From NCBI RefSeq assembly GCF_000027125.1, contig NC_017626.1: a stretch of DNA of 64,000 nt, one strand, 5' to 3'. The notes beneath the pieces are model-generated. The model ran no database searches. It was not told the origin of the DNA and saw only the letters and a list, made by a program, of their open reading frames with translations. Within the stretch, counting starts at the first letter, position 1; every line of letters begins with the position of its first letter. Source of the DNA: Escherichia coli 042 (GTDB taxonomy: Bacteria > Pseudomonadota > Gammaproteobacteria > Enterobacterales > Enterobacteriaceae). The position numbers were made by a program, and so were the translations under genes. This document shows positions 9,735-19,367 of this stretch, one piece after another.

Positions 9735-10344
9735 TCATCGCCCCACTCATCACAATATGCTTCGACCGGAGTTTTTCCCGCTTCATAGTCATCACGCTAG
9801 GATTCGACATCAGCAGCACTTCCACCGCGTAACTCACCATAGTCCATTAATAGTTCATCCCGCTCTTCAAAACTGATGTTATATTTAGCTGAACAAAAAT
9901 CAGCCACTTTGTTCTTCCTCATCGTCTTTTATTTCGTGGTATGAGTAATTGCAGTAGTTAAAGAAAATTTCTTATGCTCCGTCATGAATTTCCTCAGGTG
10001 TTGCGTCATCGTCCACTTCGAATACATCCTCAAAATCTCCACCAGCTATTCCCGTTTCAATAATAATTTTGAACTTTCGCATTTCACTACCGCCCTTTCG
10101 GGCGGCCTCCTGATGTTCTGAGGGTGCAGAAATCCATCCGGTTAAGGATTAAATTTTATTTACAGAACTGAATTTAATTATTCAGATATACGTATCTGTA
10201 GCCTTACGAATCTACTCACTGGATGCCTCTTTCATAAAAATAATCCAGTGGGTTTTATCGTTTTTTCCCTGTTCGTTGACAGATAACAGGTTTTCTGTCT
10301 GTCAGTGCCAGAATCTGGCTTACCGGTATTTGCGTTTCATTCCA

Positions 10345-10701
10345 TTAAAAAATCAGAACGCCGTGCGGCCTCAACACCCGAAAGGCTTCTTTAAATCTCT
10401 GTCGCGAATCATCACGCCAGGCATCTTTATTCAGCCGTCCATATTTCTTTCCCATCCAGGCGTTATCACCAACACTCTCAAGATGCGGAGGGTCTAATAC
10501 AACCATCGAAAAAGATGCGTCTGCAAATGATAATGCACGAAAATCTGCGATAATGTCAGGGCTGATAATCAAGCGTCTCCCATTGCGTAATGTGTATCCT
10601 TCTTTTCTGATATCGCTGAATATCGCCCGTTCGTCAGACTTATCGAACCAGAACATGCGGCTGCCACAGCACATATCAAGAATGGTTGCCGGTGCACTCA
10701 C
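10345..10701 (-). CDS. Small SAM-dependent methyltransferase-like protein (118 aa), probably phage DNA MTase
   Basis: Motif I-like ILDMCCGSRMFW and motif IV-like VVLDPPH; nin-like region of lambdoid prophage. Confidence 0.45.
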   Translation of the reverse strand: MSAPATILDMCCGSRMFWFDKSDERAIFSDIRKEGYTLRNGRRLIISPDIIADFRALSFADASFSMVVLDPPHLESVGDNAWMGKKYGRLNKDAWRDDSRQRFKEAFRVLRPHGVLIF

Positions 10702-11120
10702 TGCGCCACGTCCTGAAAATTACCCTGATAGAAAGCCAGTATGCGCTGCATAACTTCGCTCTTCCGGCACTCGCGACAGATTATGTTTAGGCGACTGTCG
10801 TAGCGACGTATTTCTCCGTCAGGTGATGACCAGATAAGGTCCGGATCAACCACAGCAGGTTTCTTCACCTTTGCCCTCGAGAGTTTTTTGCGGGCGTTTT
10901 GCCAGTCCTTACGCGCCTGTTCAGAGGGGAATAACCCGTAGCCGGAGTTGTATACATCGCCACTGGCTACCAGCTCTCTGGCAAGAACGCTCATCAGATA
11001 TCTAGTCGCACCTGTTTTAGCTTCCAGTTGCCGTAACGTCTCACGGCCGCTCTGGCGCACGAGTTCCACCACCTGCCATTTAATTTTTTCCCGCTCTTCT
11101 TGTGTAAAAACTTTTGCCAC
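10698..11120 (-). CDS. Hypothetical phage early protein (140 aa)
   Basis: ORF in operon with replication gene; stop overlaps downstream gene start. Confidence 0.45.
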   Translation of the reverse strand: MAKVFTQEEREKIKWQVVELVRQSGRETLRQLEAKTGATRYLMSVLARELVASGDVYNSGYGLFPSEQARKDWQNARKKLSRAKVKKPAVVDPDLIWSSPDGEIRRYDSRLNIICRECRKSEVMQRILAFYQGNFQDVAQ

Positions 11121-11160
11121 AAGTCCCCCTTAAAATTACCTCATGACCTGAAATCAACAC

Positions 11161-12126
11161 TTATCCTCTGAAACCAGGCGGAATTTCTGTATCCGGTTCA
11201 GAAATATGATTAACACAACGCTGTACAGGTGAACGTCCCAGGCGGATGACCAGTTCGTCCCATTTTTCGCGGAGCTTTGACGGGCTCATGATGTTTTTGA
11301 CCCAGAATGGATCTCGCTGAACCCGACCAAACATTTCGCAAATTTGTCTGTGGCTTCTGCCATCCAGCATCCGCATTGTGCGCACGTCATTGGCCCAGGC
11401 AGTCCAGTTAGGCTCTTTTGGTCGCATGATCTCGCCATCATCACTGGCTGCCTGTTCGTAGAGACCCACGATCCGCCCCCAGATCCACTGCGCACACGCC
11501 AAATCCTCCCTGCTACCCCACTGGCGTTTTTTCGCACTAAACACAACCGCGTCGGAGTTCCGGGTTAAAAAATCCTGTTCAGTCGTCTGCGGGTCCGGTT
11601 GCGAAGCTTCCGGACGAAAAGTGTTTTTATTCTCTGTAGTAGTCTCTGTTGTATTCTCTGTAAGATCATCAGGCCATTTTGACCCGATGACATTGGGTCG
11701 TTTTGAACCAATGGAGCGTTTCATTTTGACCTCTTCCATCGTGTCATTTTGACCTGATGGAGCGGCGCATTTTGAACCGATGGATTCGCTCAATTTGCCA
11801 CCATCTAAAAGCTCGCTCCCATAGTTGATCGTGTAGAAATTGGTCATATCGCGCTTTGATTTATTGAGCTTTTCACAACGCAAAAGCCCCAGCGTTTTCA
11901 GACTTGCAAACGCGCGCTTTAACGTTGACTCTGACCAGAATGGGAACTGTTCCAGCCATTGTTCCGTTGTGTTATAAATCCAGCGAACACCATCACATTC
12001 CATGCCGGAGTTGGTATCTCTCAACCAGTAGTGCAGTTGTTGCAAAACAATGGCTTCGTTTAAGCCAATTTTCATTGCCAGCTGCGTGTTTATAACCAGT
12101 GGGCGTTCAGCAAAAAGAAGGCTCAT
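11161..12126 (-). CDS. Putative phage replication initiation protein (HTH N-domain)
   Basis: Position downstream of cro-like dicC; N-terminal region LNEAIVLQQLHYWLRD...WIYNTTEQWLEQFPFWSESTLKRAF resembles replisome-organiser HTH domains; start chosen at MSLLFAERP. Confidence 0.5.
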   Translation of the reverse strand: MSLLFAERPLVINTQLAMKIGLNEAIVLQQLHYWLRDTNSGMECDGVRWIYNTTEQWLEQFPFWSESTLKRAFASLKTLGLLRCEKLNKSKRDMTNFYTINYGSELLDGGKLSESIGSKCAAPSGQNDTMEEVKMKRSIGSKRPNVIGSKWPDDLTENTTETTTENKNTFRPEASQPDPQTTEQDFLTRNSDAVVFSAKKRQWGSREDLACAQWIWGRIVGLYEQAASDDGEIMRPKEPNWTAWANDVRTMRMLDGRSHRQICEMFGRVQRDPFWVKNIMSPSKLREKWDELVIRLGRSPVQRCVNHISEPDTEIPPGFRG

Positions 12127-12628
12127 AATTCCATCCAGCTTTTTGTTGGTATTGCTGTCGATACGCAAGTTTGAAAGCAATTGCTTTTTCTATAAGTTCG
12201 TCAGTTTCACGATCCACTACGGCAGGATCAGCAAAAAGCAGTCCGGACTCCACCACATCGCCATATTCTTTGTTTAACCCGGCGATCATGCACGTGATGC
12301 TTTTTCCGTCAGTAATTTCACGATACAACCTGAAATCATTAATCCGGATAGCCTCCATAATTGCAGGCACTAGCGCCGTGAACTTTTCACGCTTATCCCT
12401 GGTGTCGATAGCCTTCCAGCGTTCAAATATCTTCACTCGATTAACGCCAAGCGCTCGCTGATCAATCGCGCCACCTTCATATGTGACACGCTGAACATCG
12501 ATGTTCGGGCGCTCTTTCAAAGCCCAGAATGCTTCAGTGATTAATATCGTCGCCTGCTCCTGTGTCATTCCTGGTCGACATATCCAGGCATCCAGAGCCT
12601 CACGAGCCTGTTCAGGAGTGATTTTCAT
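12107..12628 (-). CDS. Phage early protein, YdfX-like (173 aa)
   Basis: ORF directly downstream of dicC in same operon. Confidence 0.45.
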   Translation of the reverse strand: MKITPEQAREALDAWICRPGMTQEQATILITEAFWALKERPNIDVQRVTYEGGAIDQRALGVNRVKIFERWKAIDTRDKREKFTALVPAIMEAIRINDFRLYREITDGKSITCMIAGLNKEYGDVVESGLLFADPAVVDRETDELIEKAIAFKLAYRQQYQQKAGWNYEPSFC

Positions 12629-12842
12629 TGTTCAACCGCCCCGCCCGCTTCGTCTTACGATATTCATCATAAACTTTGGGATCATACTGAAGCTCCCCGC
12701 CAGATGCCTCCTGTAGACGCATCGCGCGACCTTCGGGAACTAAATCCCCTTTCCAGCTATAAAGCGAAGCCAAACGAATACCTGCTGCTTGTGCAAGTTT
12801 TGTTTTTGAACCGAAATACAAAAGAGCGTCAGTTTTAAGCAT
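12612..12842 (-). CDS. dicC: Cro-like repressor DicC
   Basis: 76 aa MLKTDALLYFGSKTKLAQAAGIRLASLYSWKGDLVPEGRAMRLQEASGGE...; divergent from dicA. Confidence 0.9.
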   Translation of the reverse strand: MLKTDALLYFGSKTKLAQAAGIRLASLYSWKGDLVPEGRAMRLQEASGGELQYDPKVYDEYRKTKRAGRLNNENHS

Positions 12843-12925
12843 TTAAAACACCTTTATTGTTAGCCATAACTAACAAGATAGATGTTAACAAAAACATAGT
12901 CAATACGATTTAGCATTAGCTAACT

Positions 12926-13333
12926 ATGGAAACAAAAAATTTAACTATCGGCGAACGCATCAGGTATCGTCGGAAAAACCTCAAACACACCCAAAGGTCT
13001 CTTGCTAAAGCCCTGAAAATCTCCCATGTGTCTGTATCACAATGGGAACGGGGTGATAGTGAACCTACAGGGAAGAACCTTTTTGCCCTCAGCAAAGTAT
13101 TGCAATGCTCACCAACATGGATTCTATTTGGCGATGAAGACAAGCAACCAACACCACCTGTTGAGAAGCCAGTTGCCTTATCCCCCAAAGAACTAGAGCT
13201 CCTTGAGCTGTTTAATGCACTGCCAGAATCAGAACAGGATACCCAGCTCGCCGAAATGCGAGCTCGAGTAAAAAACTTCAATAAACTCTTTGAAGAATTA
13301 CTAAAAGCCCGTCAGCGGACAAATAAAAGATAA
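12926..13333 (+). CDS. dicA: CI-like HTH repressor DicA
   Basis: 135 aa METKNLTIGERIRYRRKNLKHTQRSLAKALKISHVSVSQWERGD...; recalled identity. Confidence 0.95.
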   Translation: METKNLTIGERIRYRRKNLKHTQRSLAKALKISHVSVSQWERGDSEPTGKNLFALSKVLQCSPTWILFGDEDKQPTPPVEKPVALSPKELELLELFNALPESEQDTQLAEMRARVKNFNKLFEELLKARQRTNKR

Positions 13334-13499
13334 CATCATCAATGAGTTATCTTTTACCACATCAATTATGTTAGCTATAGCATACAAAATCACTTGACCG
13401 ATATGTTAGTCATGGCTAATCTTGTTTGCATCAACACACCGCACGGTGTTCTCAGCAAACAGTTCCGCTACCCCAGCGTTAAGGGGAAATGAGGTCAGC

Positions 13500-13655
13500 A
13501 TGGATACTATCGATCTTGGCAACAACGAATCTCTGGTGTACGGCGTGTTTCCAAACCAGGACGGCACGTTCACCGCAATGACGTATACCAAAAGCAAAAC
13601 GTTTAAAACCGAAAATGGTGCCCGTCGCTGGCTGGAAAGAAACTCAGGTGAGTGA
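13500..13655 (+). CDS. ydfA: YdfA (51 aa)
   Basis: MDTIDLGNNESLVYGVFPNQDGTFTAMTYTKSKTFKTENGARRWLERNSGE. Confidence 0.8.
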   Translation: MDTIDLGNNESLVYGVFPNQDGTFTAMTYTKSKTFKTENGARRWLERNSGE

Positions 13656-13656
13656 T

Positions 13657-13785
13657 ATGGATTTCGACACAATCATGGAAAAGGCTTACGAAGAATACTT
13701 CGAAGGCCTTGCCGAAGGCGAAGAAGCTCTCAGCTTCAGTGAGTTTAAACAGGCGCTTTCCAGTTCGGCAAAATCTAACGGCTGA
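13657..13785 (+). CDS. ydfB: YdfB (42 aa)
   Basis: Hand translation MDFDTIMEKAYEEYFEGLAEGEEALSFSEFKQALSSSAKSNG. Confidence 0.75.
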   Translation: MDFDTIMEKAYEEYFEGLAEGEEALSFSEFKQALSSSAKSNG

Positions 13786-13814
13786 TAAGCGAAACAGCAC
13801 CGCGAGGAATCAGT

Positions 13815-14033
13815 ATGCAGAAACGAGAACCCGTCATCATCGCGCCAGACTATACCGATGATGAACTTTATGAGTGGATGCGCCAGAAAATTAATGCAGC
13901 GCAGGATCTGAAATGGGCTAATGAAGCCAGGGCTAAGCAGGCTGAAAATCTGTCCGCTCTGGAGCAGGATATCACCAATCTGGAAAAAGCAGCGGCATTA
14001 AGCATTGCCAGAATGATTACATACCCGCGTTAG
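13815..14033 (+). CDS. ydfC: YdfC (72 aa)
   Basis: MQKREPVIIAPDYTDDELYEWMRQKINAAQDLKWANEARAKQAENLSALEQDI... Confidence 0.85.
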   Translation: MQKREPVIIAPDYTDDELYEWMRQKINAAQDLKWANEARAKQAENLSALEQDITNLEKAAALSIARMITYPR

Positions 14034-14373
14034 TAGCTAATCAACAAAGCTAAGGTTAGTAATTAAGGAGTTCTCCACGGGTGAGGTGGAGTGCGTGCGC
14101 CGGACACGGGTGCGCATCCGGAACTGACAGTTTACTGAAAGGATATTTCCCTGAAAAGTCAGACCATAACGCGAAAGCGCACGGCGAGGTAGCTGGTTCA
14201 TAGATAGCCTGTCGTTAAATTTTCGTCGACCGTGCGCTTCCGGTTGTGGCAACCCGCGAAATGGCGCGGCGGTAAGTATGGCGGGGTTATTCCTTCCCCG
14301 TTGAGGACACCGGGTTGTCAGGTTGACCATACGCTTAAGTGACAACCCCGCTGCAACGCCCTCTGTTATCAAT

Positions 14374-14431
14374 TTTCTGGTGACGTTTGGCGGTATCAGT
14401 TTTACTCCGTGACTGCTCTGCCGCCCTTTTT
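14374..14431 (+). ncRNA. dicF: DicF small RNA (ftsZ-inhibiting sRNA of dicB operon)
   Basis: TTTCTGGTGACGTTTGGCGGTATCAGTTTTACTCCGTGACTGCTCTGCCGCCCTTTTT matches recalled DicF incl. terminator hairpin plus U-tract; boundaries approximate. Confidence 0.7.
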
Positions 14432-14600
14432 AAAGTGAATTTTGTGATGTGGTGAATGCGGCTGAGCGCACGCGGAACAGTTAAAACCAAAAACAGTGTT
14501 ATGGGTGGATTCTCTGTATCCGGCGTTAATTGTTAACTGGTTAACGTCACCTGGAGGCACCAGGCACTGCATCACAAAATTCATTGTTGAGGACGCGATA

Positions 14601-14789
14601 ATGAAAACGTTATTACCAAACGTTAATACGTCTGAAGGTTGTTTTGAAATTGGTGTCACTATCAGTAACCCAGTATTTACTGAAGATGCCATTAACAAGA
14701 GAAAACAAGAACGGGAGCTATTAAATAAAATATGCATTGTTTCAATGCTGGCTCGTTTACGTCTGATGCCAAAAGGATGTGCACAATGA
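14601..14789 (+). CDS. dicB: Cell division inhibitor DicB (62 aa)
   Basis: MKTLLPNVNTSEGCFEIGVTISNPVFTEDAINKRKQERELLNKICIVSMLARLRLMPKGCAQ. Confidence 0.9.
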   Translation: MKTLLPNVNTSEGCFEIGVTISNPVFTEDAINKRKQERELLNKICIVSMLARLRLMPKGCAQ

Positions 14790-14977
14790 ATTCAGCATTT
14801 GTGCTTGTTCTGACAGTTTTTCTTGTTTCCGGAGAGCCAGTTGATATTGCAGTCAGTGTTCACAGGACAATGCAGGAGTGTATGACTGCAGCAACCGAAC
14901 AGAAAATTCCCGGTAACTGTTACCCGGTCGATAAAGTTATTCACCAGGATAATATCGAAATCCCGGCAGGTCTTTAA
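14786..14977 (+). CDS. ydfD: YdfD (63 aa), small membrane protein
   Basis: MNSAFVLVLTVFLVSGEPVDIAVSVHRTMQECMTAATEQKIPGNCYPVDKVIHQDNIEIPAGL; start overlaps dicB stop. Confidence 0.8.
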   Translation: MNSAFVLVLTVFLVSGEPVDIAVSVHRTMQECMTAATEQKIPGNCYPVDKVIHQDNIEIPAGL

Positions 14978-15069
14978 AACAGTTCCGTAATAAATATCCG
15001 GTTTCATTCTTATATGCCAGCAATGGCAGGGATTTGTTCATCCTTAAATCTGTCATGAGGTTAAAACAA

Positions 15070-17541
15070 ATGAGTAAAGTCTTTATTTGCGCCGCTATTC
15101 CTGACGAACTGGCAACAAGGGAAGAAGGCGCTGTGGCTGTAGCCACAGCCATTGAAGCTGGCGACGAACGCCGTGCTCGAGCAAAATTTCACTGGCAATT
15201 CCTGGAACATTATCCGGCTGCTCAGGACTGCGCTTATAAATTTATTGTCTGCGAGGATAAACCTGGCATACCCCGCCCTGCCCTCGATTCATGGGATGCT
15301 GAATATATGCAGGAAAACCGCTGGGATGAGGAGTCTGCTTCTTTTGTCCCGGTTGAGACTGAATCCGATCCGATGAACGTCACTTTTGACAAGCTGGCCC
15401 CTGAAGTACAGAACGCTGTCATGGTTAAGTTCGACACATGTGAAAACATCACCGTTGATATGGTTATTAGCGCACAGGAATTGTTGCAGGAAGACATGGC
15501 AACATTCGACGGACATATCGTTGAAGCGTTGATGAAAATGCCAGAAGTTAACGCCATGTATCCGGAGCTTAAGTTGCACGCCATTGGGTGGGTTAAGCAT
15601 AAATGTATTCCTGGTGCTAAATGGCCCGAAATTCAGGCAGAGATGCGCATCTGGAAAAAACGTCGCGAAGGTGAACGCAAGGAAACCGGAAAATACACGT
15701 CTGTTGTTGATCTCGCCCGCGCCAGAGCCAATCAACAGTACACTGAAAATTCAACAGGAAAAATCAGCCCGGTCATTGCTGCCATTCATCGCGAATACAA
15801 GCAGACATGGAAAACACTGGATGACGAACTGGCCTACGCTCTCTGGCCTAGTGATGTGGATGCCGGAAACATTGACGGCAGCATCCATCGCTGGGCAAAA
15901 AAAGAAGTTATCGACAACGACCGCGAAGACTGGAAGCGTATCTCGGCATCAATGCGCAAACAGCCTGATGCCCTTCGCTACGACCGCCAAACTATTTTTG
16001 GCCTTGTCCGTGAGCGTCCGATCGACATTCACAAAGATCCCGTAGCACTGAACAAATATATCTGCGAATACCTGACGACAAAGGGCGTGTTTGAGAATGA
16101 AGAAACAGACCTGGGCACTGTTGATGTTCTCCAGTCATCAGAAACACAAACTGATGCAGTGGAAACTGAGGTATCTGATATCCCAAAAAATGAAACCGCG
16201 CCGGAAGCTGAACCATCTGTAGAGCGTGAGGGGCCGTTCTATTTCCTCTTCGCAGATAAGGACGGAGAAAAATACGGTCGCGCAAACAAACTCTCTGGTC
16301 TGGATAAGGCACTGGCTGCTGGCGCCACTGAAATCACAAAAGAAGAATATTTTGCCCGAAAAAATGGCACATACACGGGCTTACCGCAAAATGTAGATAC
16401 CGCTGAAGATTCAGAACAACCAGAGCCGATAAAAGTTACCGCTGACGAAGTAAACAAAATTATGCAGGCAGCCAATATCAGCCAGCCTGACGCCGATAAG
16501 TTGCTTGCTGCATCACGTGGTGAATTTGTTGAAGGGATTAGTGACCCGAATGATCCGAAATGGGTTAAGGGGCTCCAGACCCGCGATTCTGTGAACCAGA
16601 ACCAGCATGAATCGGAACGGAACTACCAAAAAGCGGAACAAAACAGTCCAAATGCGTTACAAAACGAGCCAGAAACGAAACAGCCTGAACCAGTAGCGCA
16701 ACAGGAAGTGGAAAAAGTCTGCACCGCCTGCGGTCAGACCGGCGGCGGCAACTGCCCTGATTGTGGCGCGGTGATGGGCGACGCAACATACCAAGAAACA
16801 TTCGATGAAGAGTATCAGGTTGAAGTTCAGGAAGATGATCCGGAGGAAATGGAAGGCGCTGAACATCCACACAAGGAGAACACTGGCGGCAATCAGCATC
16901 ACAATAGCGATAATGAAACTGGCGAGACGGCAGATCACCCAATTAAGGTGAACGGTCATCACGAAATCACATCCACCAGCAGGACGTGTGACCATCTAAT
17001 GATCGACCTTGAAACCATGGGAAAAAATCCTGATGCCCCGATCATCTCAATAGGTGCAATATTTTTCGATCCGCAAACCGGAGATATGGGACCGGAATTT
17101 AGTAAGACTATCGATCTGGAAACTGCTGGCGGAGTCATTGATCGGGACACCATTAAATGGTGGCTTAAGCAATTACGCGAAGCGCAATCTGCCATTATGA
17201 CCGATGAAATCCCGTTAGATGATGCACTGTTACAATTGCGAGAATTTATCGACGAAAACTCCGGTGAATTTTTTGTTCAGGTTTGGGGAAATGGAGCCAA
17301 CTTCGACAACACGATTTTGCGCCGTTCATACGAACGGCAGGGGATCCCCTGCCCGTGGCGTTACTACAACGATCGCGATGTACGCACAATCGTTGAGCTG
17401 GGGAAAGCCATAGACTTCGATGCCAGAACGGCTATTCCATTCGAAGGTGAGCGCCATAATGCACTTGATGACGCCCGTTACCAGGCAAAATACGTTTCAG
17501 TTATCTGGCAAAAACTGATCCCGAGTCAGGCTGATTCTTAA
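15070..17541 (+). CDS. ydfE: Intact YdfE-family protein with C-terminal DEDDh 3'-5' exonuclease domain (ORF-track frame 835 aa)
   Basis: N-terminus MSKVFICAAIPDELATREEG...; C-terminal motifs MIDLETMG, WGNGANFDNTIL, HNALDDARYQAKY; central CTACGQTGGGNCPDCG zinc ribbon and acidic linker. Confidence 0.7.
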   Translation: MSKVFICAAIPDELATREEGAVAVATAIEAGDERRARAKFHWQFLEHYPAAQDCAYKFIVCEDKPGIPRPALDSWDAEYMQENRWDEESASFVPVETESDPMNVTFDKLAPEVQNAVMVKFDTCENITVDMVISAQELLQEDMATFDGHIVEALMKMPEVNAMYPELKLHAIGWVKHKCIPGAKWPEIQAEMRIWKKRREGERKETGKYTSVVDLARARANQQYTENSTGKISPVIAAIHREYKQTWKTLDDELAYALWPSDVDAGNIDGSIHRWAKKEVIDNDREDWKRISASMRKQPDALRYDRQTIFGLVRERPIDIHKDPVALNKYICEYLTTKGVFENEETDLGTVDVLQSSETQTDAVETEVSDIPKNETAPEAEPSVEREGPFYFLFADKDGEKYGRANKLSGLDKALAAGATEITKEEYFARKNGTYTGLPQNVDTAEDSEQPEPIKVTADEVNKIMQAANISQPDADKLLAASRGEFVEGISDPNDPKWVKGLQTRDSVNQNQHESERNYQKAEQNSPNALQNEPETKQPEPVAQQEVEKVCTACGQTGGGNCPDCGAVMGDATYQETFDEEYQVEVQEDDPEEMEGAEHPHKENTGGNQHHNSDNETGETADHPIKVNGHHEITSTSRTCDHLMIDLETMGKNPDAPIISIGAIFFDPQTGDMGPEFSKTIDLETAGGVIDRDTIKWWLKQLREAQSAIMTDEIPLDDALLQLREFIDENSGEFFVQVWGNGANFDNTILRRSYERQGIPCPWRYYNDRDVRTIVELGKAIDFDARTAIPFEGERHNALDDARYQAKYVSVIWQKLIPSQADS

Positions 17542-17613
17542 TGTTCAACTGTCGCCGGTTGTGACTGGTATTCTGCAACCGGCGCTCGTCTGATGTAAGA
17601 GATAAAGAAATCG

Positions 17614-17865
17614 ATGAGCGAAGTAATCATGATTGTCTCTCCCGGCAAATGGGTATCCGAAGAGCAGTTAATTGCGCTGAAAGGAATAAAAAAAGGTACG
17701 TTAAAAAAGGCCCGAGAAAAATCGTTTATGGAAGGAAGGGAATATAAGTATGTCGCTCATGACGGTATGCCATGGGATAACAGTCCATGCTTTTACAACC
17801 TGGAAGAAATTGATCGCTGGATTGAGCGCCAGGCATCAGCGAGACCAAGACGTCATCTTACTTGA
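17614..17865 (+). CDS. Excisionase-like small protein (83 aa)
   Basis: Small basic protein immediately upstream of integrase gene. Confidence 0.45.
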   Translation: MSEVIMIVSPGKWVSEEQLIALKGIKKGTLKKAREKSFMEGREYKYVAHDGMPWDNSPCFYNLEEIDRWIERQASARPRRHLT

Positions 17866-17884
17866 CTAAAAGCCACACTAACTA

Positions 17885-19180
17885 ATGAGAGAAGTTGAAA
17901 TGAAATATCCGACAGGCGTGGAAAACCATGGAGGGAAATTACGTATCTGGTTTGTTTATAAAGACGTAAGAGTCAGGGAAAATCTGGGGGTTCCTGACAC
18001 AGCAAAAAACAGGCGCGTTGCAGGTGAACTACGCTCCTCTGTTTGTTACGCAATAAAAACTGGTGTTTTCGACTATGCAAAACAGTTTCCCTCCTCACGC
18101 AATCTGGAAAAATTTGGTGAGGCCCGACAAGATTTAACCATAAAAGAACTGGCTGAAAAATTTCTGGCACTGAAAGAAACTGAAGTCGCCAAAACATCAC
18201 TCAACACATACCGTGCCGTCATCAAAAATATCCTGAGCATAATCGGTGAAAAAAATCTTGCCTCATCGATTAATAAAGAAAAATTACTGGAGGTTCGTAA
18301 AGAGTTACTGACTGGATACCAGATCCCCAAAAGTAACTATATTGTTACACAACCAGGGAGATCGGCTGTAACTGTAAATAATTACATGACAAATCTTAAC
18401 GCCGTGTTCCAGTTTGGTGTTGATAACGGTTACCTGGCAGATAATCCGTTTAAGGGGATCTCGCCATTAAAGGAATCAAGAACCATTCCGGATCCTCTTT
18501 CGCGGGAAGAATTTATCCGTCTTATCGATGCGTGCAGAAATCAGCAAGCAAAAAATTTATGGTGTGTTTCTGTTTATACTGGAGTTCGCCCTGGTGAGCT
18601 GTGTGCACTTGGATGGGAGGACATAGATCTGAAAAATGGAACAATGATGATCAGGAGAAATTTAGCAAAAGACCGTTTCACGGTACCAAAAACACAGGCG
18701 GGAACCAATCGGGTCATTCATCTTATTAAGCCAGCAATCGACGCTCTCCGGAGTCAGATGACATTAACGAGACTGAGCAAAGAGCATATCATTGATGTTC
18801 ACCTCAGAGAGTATGGCAGAACAGAAAAACAAAAATGCACCTTTGTTTTTCAACCTGAAGTGTCAGCGAGAGTAAAAAATTATGGTGACCATTTTACCGT
18901 TGACTCAATAAGGCAGATGTGGGACGCAGCGATAAAACGTGCCGGACTCCGCCATCGAAAATCATATCAGTCGAGACATACTTATGCCTGCTGGTCGCTG
19001 ACAGCTGGTGCTAACCCGGCATTTATAGCAAACCAGATGGGCCATGCAGATGCGCAAATGGTATTTCAGGTATACGGAAAATGGATGTCTGAAAACAATA
19101 ATGCACAGGTAGCTTTGTTAAATACACAGTTAAGCGAGTTTGCCCCAACCATGCCCCATAACGAAGCAATGAAAAATTAA
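17885..19180 (+). CDS. intQ: Prophage tyrosine integrase IntQ (apparently intact)
   Basis: 431-aa ORF with C-terminal tyrosine-recombinase catalytic region (…GVRPGELCALGWEDIDL…HTYACWSLTAGANPAFIANQMGHADAQMVFQVYGKW); adjacent to rspB as in K-12. Confidence 0.85.
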   Translation: MREVEMKYPTGVENHGGKLRIWFVYKDVRVRENLGVPDTAKNRRVAGELRSSVCYAIKTGVFDYAKQFPSSRNLEKFGEARQDLTIKELAEKFLALKETEVAKTSLNTYRAVIKNILSIIGEKNLASSINKEKLLEVRKELLTGYQIPKSNYIVTQPGRSAVTVNNYMTNLNAVFQFGVDNGYLADNPFKGISPLKESRTIPDPLSREEFIRLIDACRNQQAKNLWCVSVYTGVRPGELCALGWEDIDLKNGTMMIRRNLAKDRFTVPKTQAGTNRVIHLIKPAIDALRSQMTLTRLSKEHIIDVHLREYGRTEKQKCTFVFQPEVSARVKNYGDHFTVDSIRQMWDAAIKRAGLRHRKSYQSRHTYACWSLTAGANPAFIANQMGHADAQMVFQVYGKWMSENNNAQVALLNTQLSEFAPTMPHNEAMKN

Positions 19181-19367
19181 TTTAATATTTATCAAATAGT
19201 TAACACGCATGACTCTTGAAATCCATAAATTCAAGCGCAGTGCCCAGCCATCCCGATACTGCTGCTTTCACCAAATCCTTAGTGCTTCTTTCGTGTTTTT
19301 CTATTGTCATAATGGTTATCTCTAAAAAAGAGGTAAGATGCGTACTACTTACTCGCCGTTATTGGTA

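Noticed and set aside
12916-13281. 121-aa minus-strand ORF covering dicA
   Set aside because: Antisense to dicA, which matches the known repressor over its full length.
16565-16995. 112- and 125-aa ORFs antisense inside the ydfE-like gene
   Set aside because: Fully embedded antisense in a well-supported 835-codon gene; Arg/Cys-rich translations typical of antisense frames.
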